Shown in pieces: positions 43,889-57,525 of a stretch of DNA of 64,000 nt; within the stretch, counting starts at the first letter, position 1; every line of letters starts with the position of its first letter. Both the position numbers and the translations under genes were made by a program. Below the pieces are notes generated by a model. The model searched no databases and was not told where the DNA came from. It saw only the letters and a list, made by a program, of their open reading frames with translations. Source of the stretch: Eledone cirrhosa (taxonomy: Eukaryota). The DNA is taken from the NCBI GenBank assembly GCA_964016885.1, contig CAXHJY010000322.1, positions 62,001-126,000 of the forward strand, written 5' to 3'.

Positions 43889-44645
43889 ATATATATATAT
43901 ATGTATATGTATATATATATGTATATGTATATATATATGTATATGTATATATATATATGTATATATATATGTATATATATATGTATATATATATGTATAT
44001 GTATATATATATGTATATGTATATATATATGTATATGTATATGTATATATATATATATGTATATATATATGTATGTATATATATGTATATATATATGTAT
44101 ATATATATGTATATATATATGTGTATGTATATATATATGTGTATGTATATGTATATATATATATATGTATATATATATGTATGTATATATATGTATATAT
44201 ATATGTATATATATATGTATATATATATGTATATGTATATATATATATGTATATATATATGTATATATATATATGTATATATATATGTATATATGTATAT
44301 ATATATGTATATCTATATATATGTATATCTATATATATATATATGTATATCTATATATATATATATGTATATCTATATATATATATATGTATATATATAT
44401 GTATGTATATATATGTATATCTATGTATATATATATGTATATCTATATATATATATATGTATGTATATATATATGTATATCTATATATATATGTATGTAT
44501 ATATATATGTATATCTATATATATATATATGTATATATATATATGTATATATATATATGTATGTATATATATATATATGTATGTATGTATATATATGTAT
44601 ATATATATATATGTATGTATATATGTTTGTATATATATATGTTTG

Positions 44646-44694
<49 letters not shown>

Positions 44695-44741
44695 GTATGT
44701 ATATATATATATATGTATGTGTATATATATATATATGTATG

Positions 44742-44825
<84 letters not shown>

Positions 44826-44952
44826 GTATATATATATATATATGTATGTATATATATATATATATATGTATATGTATATATGTATATATATATATATGTA
44901 TATGTATATACGTATATATATATATGTATATATATATGTATATATGTATATA

Positions 44953-45007
<55 letters not shown>

Positions 45008-45096
45008 ATATATATGTATATGTATATATGTGTATATATATATATATGTATATGTATATATATGTATATATATATATATATATATATGTGTATATG

Positions 45097-45130
<34 letters not shown>

Positions 45131-45246
45131 TATATGTGTATATATATATGTGTATGTATATATATATGTGTATGTATATATATATGTGTATGTATATATA
45201 TATGTGTATGTATATATATATGTGTATGTATATATATATGTGTATG

Positions 45247-45313
<67 letters not shown>

Positions 45314-45320
45314 GTGTATG

Positions 45321-45385
<65 letters not shown>

Positions 45386-45472
45386 GTATATATATGTATA
45401 TATGTATATATATATGTATATATATATGTATATATGTATATATATATGTATATATATGTATATATATATATG

Positions 45473-45503
<31 letters not shown>

Positions 45504-45612
45504 GTATGTATATGTATATATATATATATATGTATATATATGTATATATGTATATATATGTATATATATGTATATGTATATATATGTATATATATGTATA
45601 TGTATATATATG

Positions 45613-45692
<80 letters not shown>

Positions 45693-46050
45693 TATATGTA
45701 TATGTATATATATGTATATATATATATATGAATATATATATATATATATGTATATATATGTATATATATATATATGAATATATATATATATGTATATATA
45801 TGAATATATATATATATGTATATATATGTATATATATATATATATATATGTATATACATGTATATATATATATACATGTATATGTATACATGTATATATA
45901 TATATACATGTATATGTATATATGTATATATATATATATATACATGTATATGTATATATATATATGTATATATATGTATATATATATATACATGTATATG
46001 TATATATATATATATGTATATATATGTATATATATATATACATGTATATG

Positions 46051-46082
<32 letters not shown>

Positions 46083-46086
46083 CATG

Positions 46087-46120
<34 letters not shown>

Positions 46121-46361
46121 TGTATATATATATATGTATATATATGTATATATATATGTATATATATGTTTATATATATGTATATATGTATATATATATA
46201 TATATACATGTATATATATATATGTATATATATGTATATATATATGTATATATATGTTTATATATATGTATATATATATATATATAAATATACACACATA
46301 TATATATATTTATATATATATATATATATATATAAATACACACACACATATATATGTATAT

Positions 46362-46449
46362 ACAAGACAACCACTCTTGCCTCAAGTGGGAAAACACCCG
46401 TCCAAACCCATGCAAGCGTGGAACACGGACACTAAACCTTGATGATGAT
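46362..46449 (+). mobile_element. Short 3'-end fragment of the same RTE family, opposite orientation
   Basis: ccgtccaaacccatgcaagcgtggaacacggac is the reverse complement of ~42215-42247; ends in gatgatga. Confidence 0.8.
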
Positions 46450-46557
46450 ATATATAAATATACACACACATATATATATTTATATATATGTATATATATA
46501 TATATATATATAAATATACACATATACATATACATATATATATATAAATATACACAT

Positions 46558-46635
<78 letters not shown>

Positions 46636-46651
46636 ACATATATATATATAC

Positions 46652-46691
<40 letters not shown>

Positions 46692-46705
46692 ATATATATA
46701 CATAC

Positions 46706-46738
<33 letters not shown>

Positions 46739-46849
46739 AATATACACATATACATACATATATATATATGACGGCGATGAATTAGTTTTGCGAGGTTTTT
46801 GATATGAAATCGTGTGTCGAAACAGATATTGTTATACTTGGGGAGGGTC

Positions 46850-47365
46850 ATATTGTTATACTTGGGGAGGGTCATATTTGTGTAATATTGCCAGAATTAA
46901 TAACAGAACACACTCACTGTTTGGTTGGTTTTCGCTTCTCGCTTCTGTGTCTTTTATATCGGTAATCTAACTTACTCGGTCCTCAATGTTGCCATTGACT
47001 GACCAACTCTCAAAAATAATACAGATACAATATAGACACAAACACATATATATAGTTTATCAAAGTTCTTTCGTTGCACATCTGCAACATCGTCAGTGGT
47101 GCTATTGTTTCCTCCCGCTGCATTGTATTTTCTACGCCATCTTTTTGATGGCGTAGATGTCGATGGCTATATATATGTGTTTGTGTCTATATTGTATCTG
47201 TATTTTTGACCGTTGGTCAGTCAATGGCAATATTGAGGACCGTATAAATTAGATTACCGATATAAAAGACACAGAAGCGAGAAGCGAAAACCAACCAAAC
47301 AGTGAGTGTGTTCTGTTATTAATTCTGGCAATATTACACAAATATGACCCTCCCCAAGTATAACA

Positions 47366-47369
<4 letters not shown>
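46850..47369. mobile_element. TA-flanked fold-back element with ~200-bp inverted arms
   Basis: 46850-47055 is inverted at 47168-47369. The ~110-bp loop holds a hammerhead-like motif and a tctacgccatc/gatggcgtaga hairpin. Confidence 0.8.
47061..47098 (-). ncRNA. Candidate minimal hammerhead ribozyme
   Basis: Minus strand: ca-CUGACGA-U-GUUGCA-GAUG-UGCAAC-GAAA-GAAC-UU-ug. Intact core and 6-bp stem II; stems I and III are weak. Confidence 0.6.
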
Positions 47370-47416
<47 letters not shown>

Positions 47417-47963
47417 TACATACATACATATATATATATATAAATAAATGAAAAAATAAAGTTTCTGAATACCATAAATATTGCATATGTGAAGGTATTT
47501 TATAAAGAACTCAGTGAAACAACACAACAACATTACTTTATTGAGAATGTTGAAGTCTTAAACATGTGAAGTCTTAAGTAAACTAAAATAGGTCTCGGGA
47601 CATTAGTTTGTCATGAAATTGCTTGTGACATTAGGTTATATACATCCTACATACATATGTGTCGTCTGGTAAAGTGAATAGATATGTTCTCCAAAGACTG
47701 CCTGTCGTCTTGTAGTCGAGATATCGTTGGAGATATATATATATATGCAACTTGTTTTCGCGTAATGCCACGCCTTGTTACTTAAGCATGAGCATCACGG
47801 CCGTGGCTTTTTAGTCCTGCTTGAGACTTGCCTATTGCTAGCAATGCCATGTATCGCAACAAATGTCACACATGAAGCGATGCCTGTGCTTGAAGTGATT
47901 AAAGTCTTTACATGGGGGTTAATCCCACTCTGAACATCGAATGCATTTACCCAAAGAGAAGAA

Positions 47964-48010
<47 letters not shown>

Positions 48011-48118
48011 TGTATGTATGTATGTATGTATGTATATATATATATATGCTAGCATGGAAAATGGACGTTAAACGAAGATGATGATGATGATGTATATGTG
48101 TATGTATATATATATATG

Positions 48119-48153
<35 letters not shown>

Positions 48154-48172
48154 ATGTATATATATATGTGTG

Positions 48173-48227
<55 letters not shown>

Positions 48228-48714
48228 GTGGTGTCAGTTGTCAGAGATGTTGCAACATATGGTAGAATGTTTCTGGTATTCTGGTTCTCTGCACTCTTCC
48301 ACATGTTGGGGTTAGTTTTGTAATTTCACTGTTTCGAGGTTGATAAACTACCAGTCAACTACTGGGGGAGATTCTTCCTTGATATCTCTCACTCCCCCCC
48401 TTATCATATACACACACATACCTTGTCTTTCTTTCTCTAGAAGAAATCAGTTATGTTGAGACAAGGCAGGGAGATGGACTTTCCTAGGTTTACAAAGAAA
48501 TGTCCAAGACCTGTTGTATATCGCTATGTTACCCCCATGGGTCCATTCAAAGGGGCTGGTCAAATTGGAACACTATGAGAAGAAAGAACCTTTTGTAAAA
48601 TTCTTTACATAAAACAACTCAAATCATGTATTTTTGAACTAATGTATTTTTCAGAATGCAAAACTCACTTCTCCTTGAAGGAGAACATTTGGAAAGAAAC
48701 AGTTAATATACAAC

Positions 48715-49927
48715 TATATACATACATGGCTTATATACATACATGGCTTGTACACATACATGGCTTGTACACATACATGGCTTATGTACATACATGGCTT
48801 GTACACATACATGGCTTGTACACATACATGGCTTATATACATACATGGCTTATATACATACATGGCTTGTACACATACATGGCTTATATACATACATGGC
48901 TTGTACACATACATGGGTTATATACATACATGGCTTGTACACATACATGGCTTATATACATACATGGCTTGTATACATACATGGCTTGTACACATACATG
49001 GCTTGTACACATACTTGGCTTATATACCTACATGGCTTATATACATACATGGCTTATATACATACATGGCTTGTATACATACATGGCTTGTACACATACA
49101 TGGCTTGTACACATACTTGGCTTATATACATACATGGCTTATATACATACATGGCTTATATACATACATGGCTTATATACATACATGGCTTATATACATA
49201 CATGGCTTGTACACATACATGGGTTATATACATACATGGCTTGTACACATACATGGCTTATATACATACATGGCTTGTACACATACATGGCTTGTACACA
49301 TACATGGCTTATATACATACATGGCTTGTACACATACATGGCTTATATACATACATGGCTTGTATACATACATGGCTTATATACATACATGGCTTGTATA
49401 CATACATGGCTTATATACATACATGGCTTGTACACATACATGGCTTGTACACATACATGGCTTATATACATACATGACTTATATACATACATGGCTTGTA
49501 CACATACATGGCTTGTACACATACATGGCTTGTACACATACATGGCTTGTATACATACATGGCTTGTACACATACATGGCTTATATACATACATGGCTTG
49601 TACACATACATGGCTTATATACATACATGGCTTATATACATACATGGCTTGTACACATACATGGCTTGTACACATACATGGCTTATATACATACATGACT
49701 TATATACATACATGGCTTGTACACATACATGGCTTGTACACATACATGGCTTATATACATACATGGCTTGTACACATACATGGCTTATATACATACATGG
49801 CTTGTACACATACATCGGTTATATACATACATGGCTTGTACACATACATGGCTTATATACATACATGGCTTGTATACATACATGGCTTGTATACATACAT
49901 GGCTTGTACACATACATGGCTTGTACA
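48715..49927. repeat. 17-bp minisatellite (CATACATGGCTT[G/A]TA[C/T]A), ~70 copies
   Basis: Period 17. Confidence 0.95.
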
Positions 49928-51318
49928 AATAGTTCCTGGCGGAGTTGTACAGCCTGTTGGTAAATAGTTCCTGGCGGAGTTGTACAGCCTGTTGGTAAAT
50001 AGTTCCTGGCGGAGTTGTACAGCCTGTTGGGAAATAGTTCCTGGCGGAGTTGTACAGCCTGTTGGTAAATAGTTCCTGGCGGAGTTGTACAGCCTGTTGG
50101 TAAATAGTTCCTGGCGGAGTTGTACAGCCTGTTGGTAAATAGTTCCTGGCGGAGTTGTACAGCCTGTTGGTAAATAGTTCCTGGCGGAGTTGTACAGCCT
50201 GTTGGTAAATAGTTCCTGGCGGAGTTGTACAGCCTGTTGGTAAATAGTTCCTGGCGGAGTTGTACAGCCTGTTGGTAAATAGTTCCTGGCGGAGTTGTAC
50301 AGCCTGTTGGTAAATAGTTCCTGGCGGAGTTGTACAGCCTGTTGGTAAATAGTTCCTGGCGGAGTTGTACAGCCTGTTGGTAAATAGTTCCTGGCGGAGT
50401 TGTACAGCCTGTTGGTAAATAGTTCCTGGCGGAGTTGTACAGCCTGTTGGGAAATAGTTCCTGGCGGAGTTGTACAGCCTGTTGGTAAATAGTTCCTGGC
50501 GGAGTTGTACAGCCTGTTGGTAAATAGTTCCTGGCGGAGTTGTACAGCCTGTTGGTAAATAGTTCCTGGCGGAGTTGTACAGCCTGTTGGTAAATAGTTC
50601 CTGGCGGAGTTGTACAGCCTGTTGGTAAATAGTTCCTGGCGGAGTTGTACAGCCTGTTGGTAAATAGTTCCTGGCGGAGTTGTACAGCCTGTTGGTAAAT
50701 AGTTCCTGGCGGAGTTGTACAGCCTGTTGGTAAATAGTTCCTGGCGGAGTTGTACAGCCTGTTGGTAAATAGTTCCTGGCGGAGTTGTACAGCCTGTTGG
50801 TAAATAGTTCCTGGCGGAGTTGTACAGCCTGTTGGTAAATAGTTCCTGGCGGAGTTGTACAGCCTGTTGGTAAATAGTTCCTGGCGGAGTTGTACAGCCT
50901 GTTGGTAAATAGTTCCTGGCGGAGTTGTACAGCCTGTTGGTAAATAGTTCCTGGCGGAGTTGTACAGCCTGTTGGTAAATAGTTCCTGGCGGAGTTGTAC
51001 AGCCTGTTGGTAAATAGTTCCTGGCGGAGTTGTACAGCCTGTTGGTAAATAGTTCCTGGCGGAGTTGTACAGCCTGTTGGTAAATAGTTCCTGGCGGAGT
51101 TGTACAGCCTGTTGGTAAATAGTTCCTGGCGGAGTTGTACAGCCTGTTGGTAAATAGTTTCTGGCGGAGTTGTACAGCCTGTTGGTAAATAGTTCCTGGC
51201 GGAGTTGTACAGCCTGTTGGTAAATAGTTCCTGGCGGAGTTGTACAGCCTGTTGGTAAATAGTTCCTGGCGGAGTTGTACAGCCTGTTAGTAAATAGTTC
51301 CTGGCGGAGTTGTACAGC
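49921..51318. repeat. 35-bp highly homogeneous minisatellite (TTGTACAGCCTGTTGGTAAATAGTTCCTGGCGGAG), ~40 copies
   Basis: Period 35, only a handful of substitutions, no spacers. Confidence 0.96.
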
Positions 51319-51463
51319 TTTATCAGTACACATCTAATATACATGTGTCAGGGCCAGGTTAATGACTGACCAGAAAGTTTCATTTTGTAAAGGAAAATCC
51401 TATTTTAGTTTGCTAAATAGATTTAAGCATCAGATCACACATACACACGTAGATGCATGTATA

Positions 51464-51530
<67 letters not shown>

Positions 51531-51557
51531 TACATACATCTTTATATGTACATATAT

Positions 51558-51598
<41 letters not shown>

Positions 51599-52330
51599 TA
51601 CATATATCTTTATATGTATATATATACATTTTTATATATGTATATTCATACACACATATATCTATATATATCTATATACACACATATATGCGTATATATA
51701 TCCATGCAAGCATGGAAAATAGACATTAAACAATGATTATCTATCTATCTATATCTATATATATATATATATATTATATATATATATATATACATCCATT
51801 ATCATAATTGTTATTTGTCTTCTATTATCAGCTTTAAATGTCTCAGCTGTTTTGTAATCAGTTTTTCTTTTTAATCTTTCAACATTTTCGTTTGTTTATT
51901 ATTATTATTAATATTATTATTATTATTATTAAATGATAATAATTGTTCAACTTACATTTACCATTCCATCCTACAATATTTTTTGTTGGTCATTTTTTTG
52001 AGTGATTTTTTTGTTTGTTTATATTACAATTTTTTCTTTCTTTGTCTAAAGAATGTTCCAAATATATTGAAACACACACATGCATACATATTCCCCCCCC
52101 CCCCCTACACACACAAATACCCATGCTGTTATAAAGAAAATGGTCGTGTGTGTTTTTTAACAGATGCCGCCCCCTGAAAGCCCTAACTAATAGTATTAAA
52201 TGCTGTTTGCTGTCTTTTAAAACAATCTCTTCACTAAGTAATATGTATATAGTTTGTATACTAAAAATTCCATGCTATGTTACAGTTATGCTGTGTTTCC
52301 GTTTGCGTTGTTGCCCCCTCCCCCTATCTT

Positions 52331-52385
<55 letters not shown>

Positions 52386-52690
52386 TTATACACAGTTCTG
52401 AATAATAATGACTTGAAATCCCCCCCCCCCCCAAAAAAAAAGTTGAAATTATAAAAGAAAGACAAAAAAAGCAACAACAATAACAAAGGAAAAAAAAACA
52501 ATGTAAAAGTAAACAACAACAATAACAACAACAACCGACAAACTCTGAAGAATACTTCAGAAGCTAAAATCTTGTCTTACAATTATTGGATGACTGATAA
52601 CAAAGTACAGCTCAACGTTGTTATAATTCTTCTTGAGATCATATAAAGCTATTTTACCATCAAGTCTTTATTGTTATTATTGTTATTGTG

Positions 52691-52912
52691 AGGCCGGTGG
52701 ATTGTCAGTATCGGTAGAGCGCCAGACACCATGCTTTGCAGCATAGAGTTACGGCCCTTTACGTTCTGAGTTCAAATCCCGCCGAGGTTAACTTTGCCTT
52801 TCATCTTTATGGGGTCAATAAAATAAAGTACCAGTAACGTACTGGGATCGATTTAATCGAATTTCCCCTCACCCTAAATTAGTGGCCTTGTGCCAAAAGT
52901 AGAAACAATTAT
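52691..52912 (+). mobile_element. Second tRNA-derived SINE family (near full-length copy)
   Basis: tcggtagagcg...gagttcaaatcc B-box, then tttgcctttcatc...gataaaataaagtaccagt...gctggccttgtgcc...agaaacaattat. Partial copies at ~6750-6910, 31150-31600, 33790-34150, 38540-39540, 59040-59150 and 63440-63550. Confidence 0.8.
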
Positions 52913-53292
52913 GAATGTCGGGCTGGAACTATTCTCTAAGAGCTAAAGGAACTGATGATTCTTGCTGTTCCAAGGCAGACTTTGGGGTTAATGATACTTT
53001 TGTTGCTACTATCCCGTCTTTCGGGAATCTTTCTAGTCTGTTGGTAACAGTCCCTATCATTATTAGGGTCTGAACAAGGACATTAGTACTGAATATGTGG
53101 TGCAGTGCCCAACAAGACAGTCTTTTGTAGGAAGATGTGTGATTCTATTTTCTTAAGAAACCCTCTTTAAGTGGTATCCAACCCACACCTCTGATGACAA
53201 AATGTCTTGCTGTTGTTAGGTTCTATTGACTACATTTGTACAATTTCTATCTTTAGGTCAGTATATTTTGTTAACATTTAATTAACCATTAT

Positions 53293-53327
53293 GAGGGCAA
53301 TTGTTTCACTTTGCAGATCTTCAGCTC
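53293..53327 (-). ncRNA. Degenerate minimal hammerhead 3' of the degraded Penelope-like element
   Basis: GAG-CUGAAGA-UCUGCAAAGU-GAAA-CAAUUG-CC-CUC. U16.1 is mutated to C. Same strand as the element. Confidence 0.55.
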
Positions 53328-53559
53328 GACTGAATGGTTTGTAGCCGAAAAACAGAAGGCTATATGAAGAACGTCGGTCATGCGCAATTTCATTGATAAA
53401 GGGAGGCATCTTACGTTAGACTGATGAGAGGGAGATAATCTCAATCGTTCTGGATTCAAATAGGCTAAGTTTGCAGTGGCTGAAATTATTCTGGGTCGTC
53501 GTTACATAAGTGCTTGGCTGCATGGAGACAGTGATTATAGAAATCAGATCTTGTATTAA

Positions 53560-54400
53560 GACATGTACTGTTACGAATTTCCATTGCCGTATGGCCTAGA
53601 TTTGATGGAGTAATCCGCGCATGCGCCCTTGAGTGACTATATGTGGCTTGCGAGCTTCGTGGATGATCGTTTCTCCGAGTGTCTATACATCGTTTGATGG
53701 TTAAGGAAGCGTTCTTTAAACCGGCTCTCCGCCATACCTACATATAATTTGACTTCTTATTGCTGGTTTGGTCGAGTAGATATAACTACAGCTTCATAAA
53801 CTAATGTGAATGTGTTGCACTATTGCTTAAGGGGGCATGTTTTTGGCTTTCTACAAGAGCATCCAGGTGAGGTTGAGCTCTTGGGGTTGGTGATGATGGT
53901 CTTTCATATTTTGAACACAGGAGTAGCCGAGTTTCCCCCCTGTGTCTGTTGAAGATAGGTCAGTATTTATGACCTGCGGGGAAGTGTTATCTGAGTGAGA
54001 AGGGTGGGTAGAACCAAATTGTTTTTTATTATAATGAATTTTTTCCTATTGGTGTTGGGGCTAGGAGGGAGGAAAAATTTGTGTCCGAGAAGCCGCTATT
54101 AGCTAATGCAGCGTTGTAATGGGGTGCCGCTCTATCGAAGTTCCTTTATTAGAGGAAAGGATAGAGATCCTAGTGCCAATGTTTTTACGAAGTTTTTGAA
54201 GACTAGATGGGTGGCATTAATCTTTATGTATGTAGGTTAATTTTTCGTTAAGTTTTTGGAAAGGTTTGAATGTGTGTGTTGAAAGGTCTAAATTAATGTC
54301 TAGATAATCTACGCTAGTCAGGTATGTGGCTACCGTCACCCTAAGTCCTAACTCGTTAAAAGTCGTTATTAAGTCTTTTCTAAAACGGTCCAGGTCGTGT
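53560..54400 (-). pseudogene. Degraded Penelope-like element (RT thumb + GIY-YIG)
   Basis: Minus-strand translation gives VDYLDINLDLSTHTFKPFQK..LTYIHKD*CHP, CSCRKPKTCPLKQ*C...LVYEA and YVGMAESRFKERFLNH, with stops and frameshifts. Confidence 0.8.
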
Positions 54401-55011
54401 TTTTATTGTTCGATAGGGTCAGACTATCATCGCGGTATAAGCCCATGTGGAAGTCGGGGAATCTCACTCTCAACGTATCTGAAATATATAAACCAACTTC
54501 TACCGAACTCGTCTCATAGACTGAGTGCTCTGACACTACGGATATAACCTCCCACTATATATTTATATATATATAACGAAGGAAGTGTGGTATGGAATCA
54601 GGTGGACCATATCACACCAGAGTACTCAATACTTTGGGTAGTAGCCTGGGTAATAGGAAAATATTCAAGGCCCCGACGGCAGAGCTCAAGCCGTTTCGAC
54701 GGCTATTTCTGGACCAGAAATAACCGTCGGAGTCTTGAACATTTTCCTATATATATATATATATATAACAATATAATTAGAAACACACAGATACATGCGG
54801 ACACACACACATATATACATGAATGCATCCGCACCCAACTGTGAGTTAAGGGTGCCAACTTCACCGATGTTGCTCAATGAATGACTGGGACAGACCAATT
54901 CAGTTGAACTAGACTGAACCAGTATCAGAGTTAAAAATACATTATGAAGAGAGAAGAAACATTTAGATATAATTAGTAATAAAATGTATCATACCTAAAC
55001 TGCTCCTAAAT

Positions 55012-55101
55012 TCCTCGACTACGTAGTTTCGTGGCATAAACAAAAACAATATATCATAAAGACATAGAGTCCTTGCGAGGTCTGCCGACTTATCAAGAGG
55101 A
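55012..55101 (-). ncRNA. Inverted copy of the U3:A8 hammerhead
   Basis: Reverse complement of 55611-55700. Confidence 0.72.
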
Positions 55102-55610
55102 TACCTCATTTTATTAGTCTCAAGAACGCGTCTACACGACGTGAGAAAGAATCCCAAAAGGCGGAGGGGGAGATAGTCACGCGATATAACGGTCGAGAAA
55201 CAGAGCTAAGCCTCTTATAACCCCGAAGAAAATACCATTGAGCAACATCGGTGAAGTTGGCACCCTTAACTCACAGTTGGGTGCGGATGCATTCATGTAT
55301 ATATGTGTGTGTGTCCGCATGTATCTGTGTGTTTCTAATTATATTGTTAATAACTCCCTCTGGTCGAGCAATCTTTGAAGTGTGGGGACAGCTGGAAGGC
55401 TTCCATTACTCATACTTCTCGCCTTCTTCACCACCTCTTCTGCGGCCTCGATATAAATACCCCCTCCGCCTCCGTGGTATTTTCTTCGGGGTTATAAGAG
55501 GCTTAGCTCTGTTTCTCGACCGTTATATCGCGTGACTATCTCCCCCTCCGCCTTTTGGGATTCTTTCTCACGTCGTGTAGACGCGTTCTTGAGACTAATA
55601 AAATGAGGTA

Positions 55611-55700
55611 TCCTCTTGATAAGTCGGCAGACCTCGCAAGGACTCTATGTCTTTATGATATATTGTTTTTGTTTATGCCACGAAACTACGTAGTCGAGGA
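55611..55700 (+). ncRNA. Type I hammerhead ribozyme, U3:A8 core variant
   Basis: UCCUC-UUGAUAA-GU(c)GGCA...UGCCAC-GAAA-CUACGUAG-UC-GAGGA. 5-bp stem I, palindromic stem III, GUC site (cut after 55695). Confidence 0.75.
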
Positions 55701-55769
55701 ATTTAGGAGCAGTTTAGGTATGATACATTTTATTACTAATTATATCTAAATGTTTCTTCTCTCTTCATA

Positions 55770-55831
<62 letters not shown>

Positions 55832-56219
55832 GATGATGATGGCTGCAACTCGATTTCGAGTAATGCCATCACTTGATACTTAAGCACGAATTTCACGAAC
55901 GTAGCTTTTTAGTCCTGTTAGGGACTTGCCTGTGGTCAGCTTTTCCATGCATCGAAATAAATGTCACATATCAAGCGATGACCCTGATCGAAGCTATTTT
56001 AAGTGAGGAAAGGCTTTGCACGGGACCAAGTTAACTTTCTGAACATCAAATGCATTTACCCAAAAAGAAGAACTGGTCTACATCATTGGATGCAAACGAA
56101 GTCACAGGTTTTATATCAGAGTGACCTTCTCCTAGAGAGATGTCTTAATGAAGACTAGGAGTCTCTTTCTCCACAAAAAGAAAGAAAATTTTATTGGATT
56201 GCCGTTGACTTTCCTGAGT

Positions 56220-56250
<31 letters not shown>

Positions 56251-56382
56251 TTTATTAGGTATAGGATTATCCAAGATGTAGTAATGGTTAATTACTACAC
56301 TGGATATGGTTGACGTACGGTGAGAGGTTATGGAAGAATTGTTGAAGAAGCTTAGTTCCTGATCCTTCTGTATTCCGGAGTG

Positions 56383-56715
56383 TATATAAAGAATGAATAA
56401 TAACAGGTAGACATCATAAAAAGGTAATTTATTCCGTGTGCTTACAAATGTTTCCACGGTGGTACTACAGCCTAGTTATGCTATGTGCAAATTTACAAGA
56501 ATTTGCAGAACTCAAATATCCAATGCTATGACCACTGTATCCTCAGAGCAGAATTCTGCTCTGAGGATACAGTGGTCATAGCATTGGATATTTGAGTTCT
56601 GCAAATTCTTGTAAATTTGCACATAGCATAACTAGGCTGTAGTACCACCGTGGAAACATTTGTAAGCACACGGAATAAATTACCTTTTTATGATGTCCAC
56701 CTGTTATTATTCATT

Positions 56716-56724
<9 letters not shown>
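56383..56724. repeat. 342-bp loopless palindrome centred on GAA|TTC
   Basis: 171-bp arms, one mismatch seen; right end abuts (TA)n. Confidence 0.92.
56557..56668 (+). ncRNA. Candidate type I hammerhead with extended stem II (mirror copy at 56439-56550, minus)
   Basis: UGCU-CUGAGGA-UACAGUGGU...ACCACCGUG-GAAA-C-AUUU-G-UA-AGCA. 4-bp stem I, GUA site. Confidence 0.68.
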
Positions 56725-56775
<51 letters not shown>

Positions 56776-57262
56776 ATGCAAACTTACAGTACAAAACGAA
56801 AGGACATTAGCTCATACAGATTCAATTATAATTTTAAAAAGTGTGTTGGCAGGGATTGCCAAAACATTCATTGATTTTATATTGACCGGTTTCAGCTATG
56901 AGTAGCATTTCAAAGTTTTATTTGTACTTGTGTATATTTTTTCAGACTTGAAGATAAGTGCCGCTTATGTCTTTTCTAAGACAAGGGGCGCAACTAAACA
57001 TTATTGCGATTACAAGAGACGCAACTCTGGTTTCAATAAGAATGGGATTCAGTGTCGATTGCCGACGAAGAGTTTAATTTTGGTTTGTATTTAATTATAA
57101 AATATATTTCTTCACAGATACGTTGCTGTTCCTTTAGTAAACTGAGAAAACGTCGCAATTTGTTAAGATTCGTCCTCAGCTGTATATATATATATCAATT
57201 CAGGTGGTATTTTTTGGTGTAGGATATATATATATATATATTTAAACAACACAATATAATTA

Positions 57263-57333
57263 TTCCATTACCCAAGGTTTCACGAAGACAGGTGACCCCA
57301 ACAGAGGCGTCTGAAGTCGTTCATCAGCAGGAA
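57263..57333 (-). ncRNA. Candidate hammerhead ribozyme
   Basis: CUGAUGA-ACGA...UCGU-GAAA-CC-UUG-GG-UA. Stem I (uucc/ggaa) has core-proximal mismatches. A truncated second copy lies at ~57700-57760. Confidence 0.6.
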
Positions 57334-57479
57334 AATTTAATATGGATGTAAGATATGAAATTAAAATCAAAATCTATTATAAATGATAGTGAGGCTGAAA
57401 TAAAATAAAGTAACGGGAAAAATTATACACACGTGTTGACTTAGTTACTCATATAAGTGTACCTATGTATGTATGTATG

Positions 57480-57525
<46 letters not shown>

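Larger units (their letters stand above)
54766..55773. mobile_element. TA-flanked element with interleaved inverted duplications
   Basis: 54766-54879 is the reverse complement of 55236-55349; 54939-55237 is the reverse complement of 55475-55773. Confidence 0.85.

Noticed and set aside
49921-51318. 35-bp repeat of CRISPR-like length
   Set aside because: Head-to-tail units with no unique spacers, no cas genes, eukaryotic context.
48642-51344. 441-519 aa ORFs over the 17- and 35-bp arrays
   Set aside because: Stop-free tandem units cycling through frames; no domain signal.
53421-53450. CTGATGAGAG... on the plus strand as a hammerhead
   Set aside because: No GAAA after the putative stem II and no stem I or III pairing.
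54963-55749. Identical 64-aa ORFs on opposite strands (also 56191/56650)
   Set aside because: By-products of inverted duplications; non-ATG starts and no recognisable domain.
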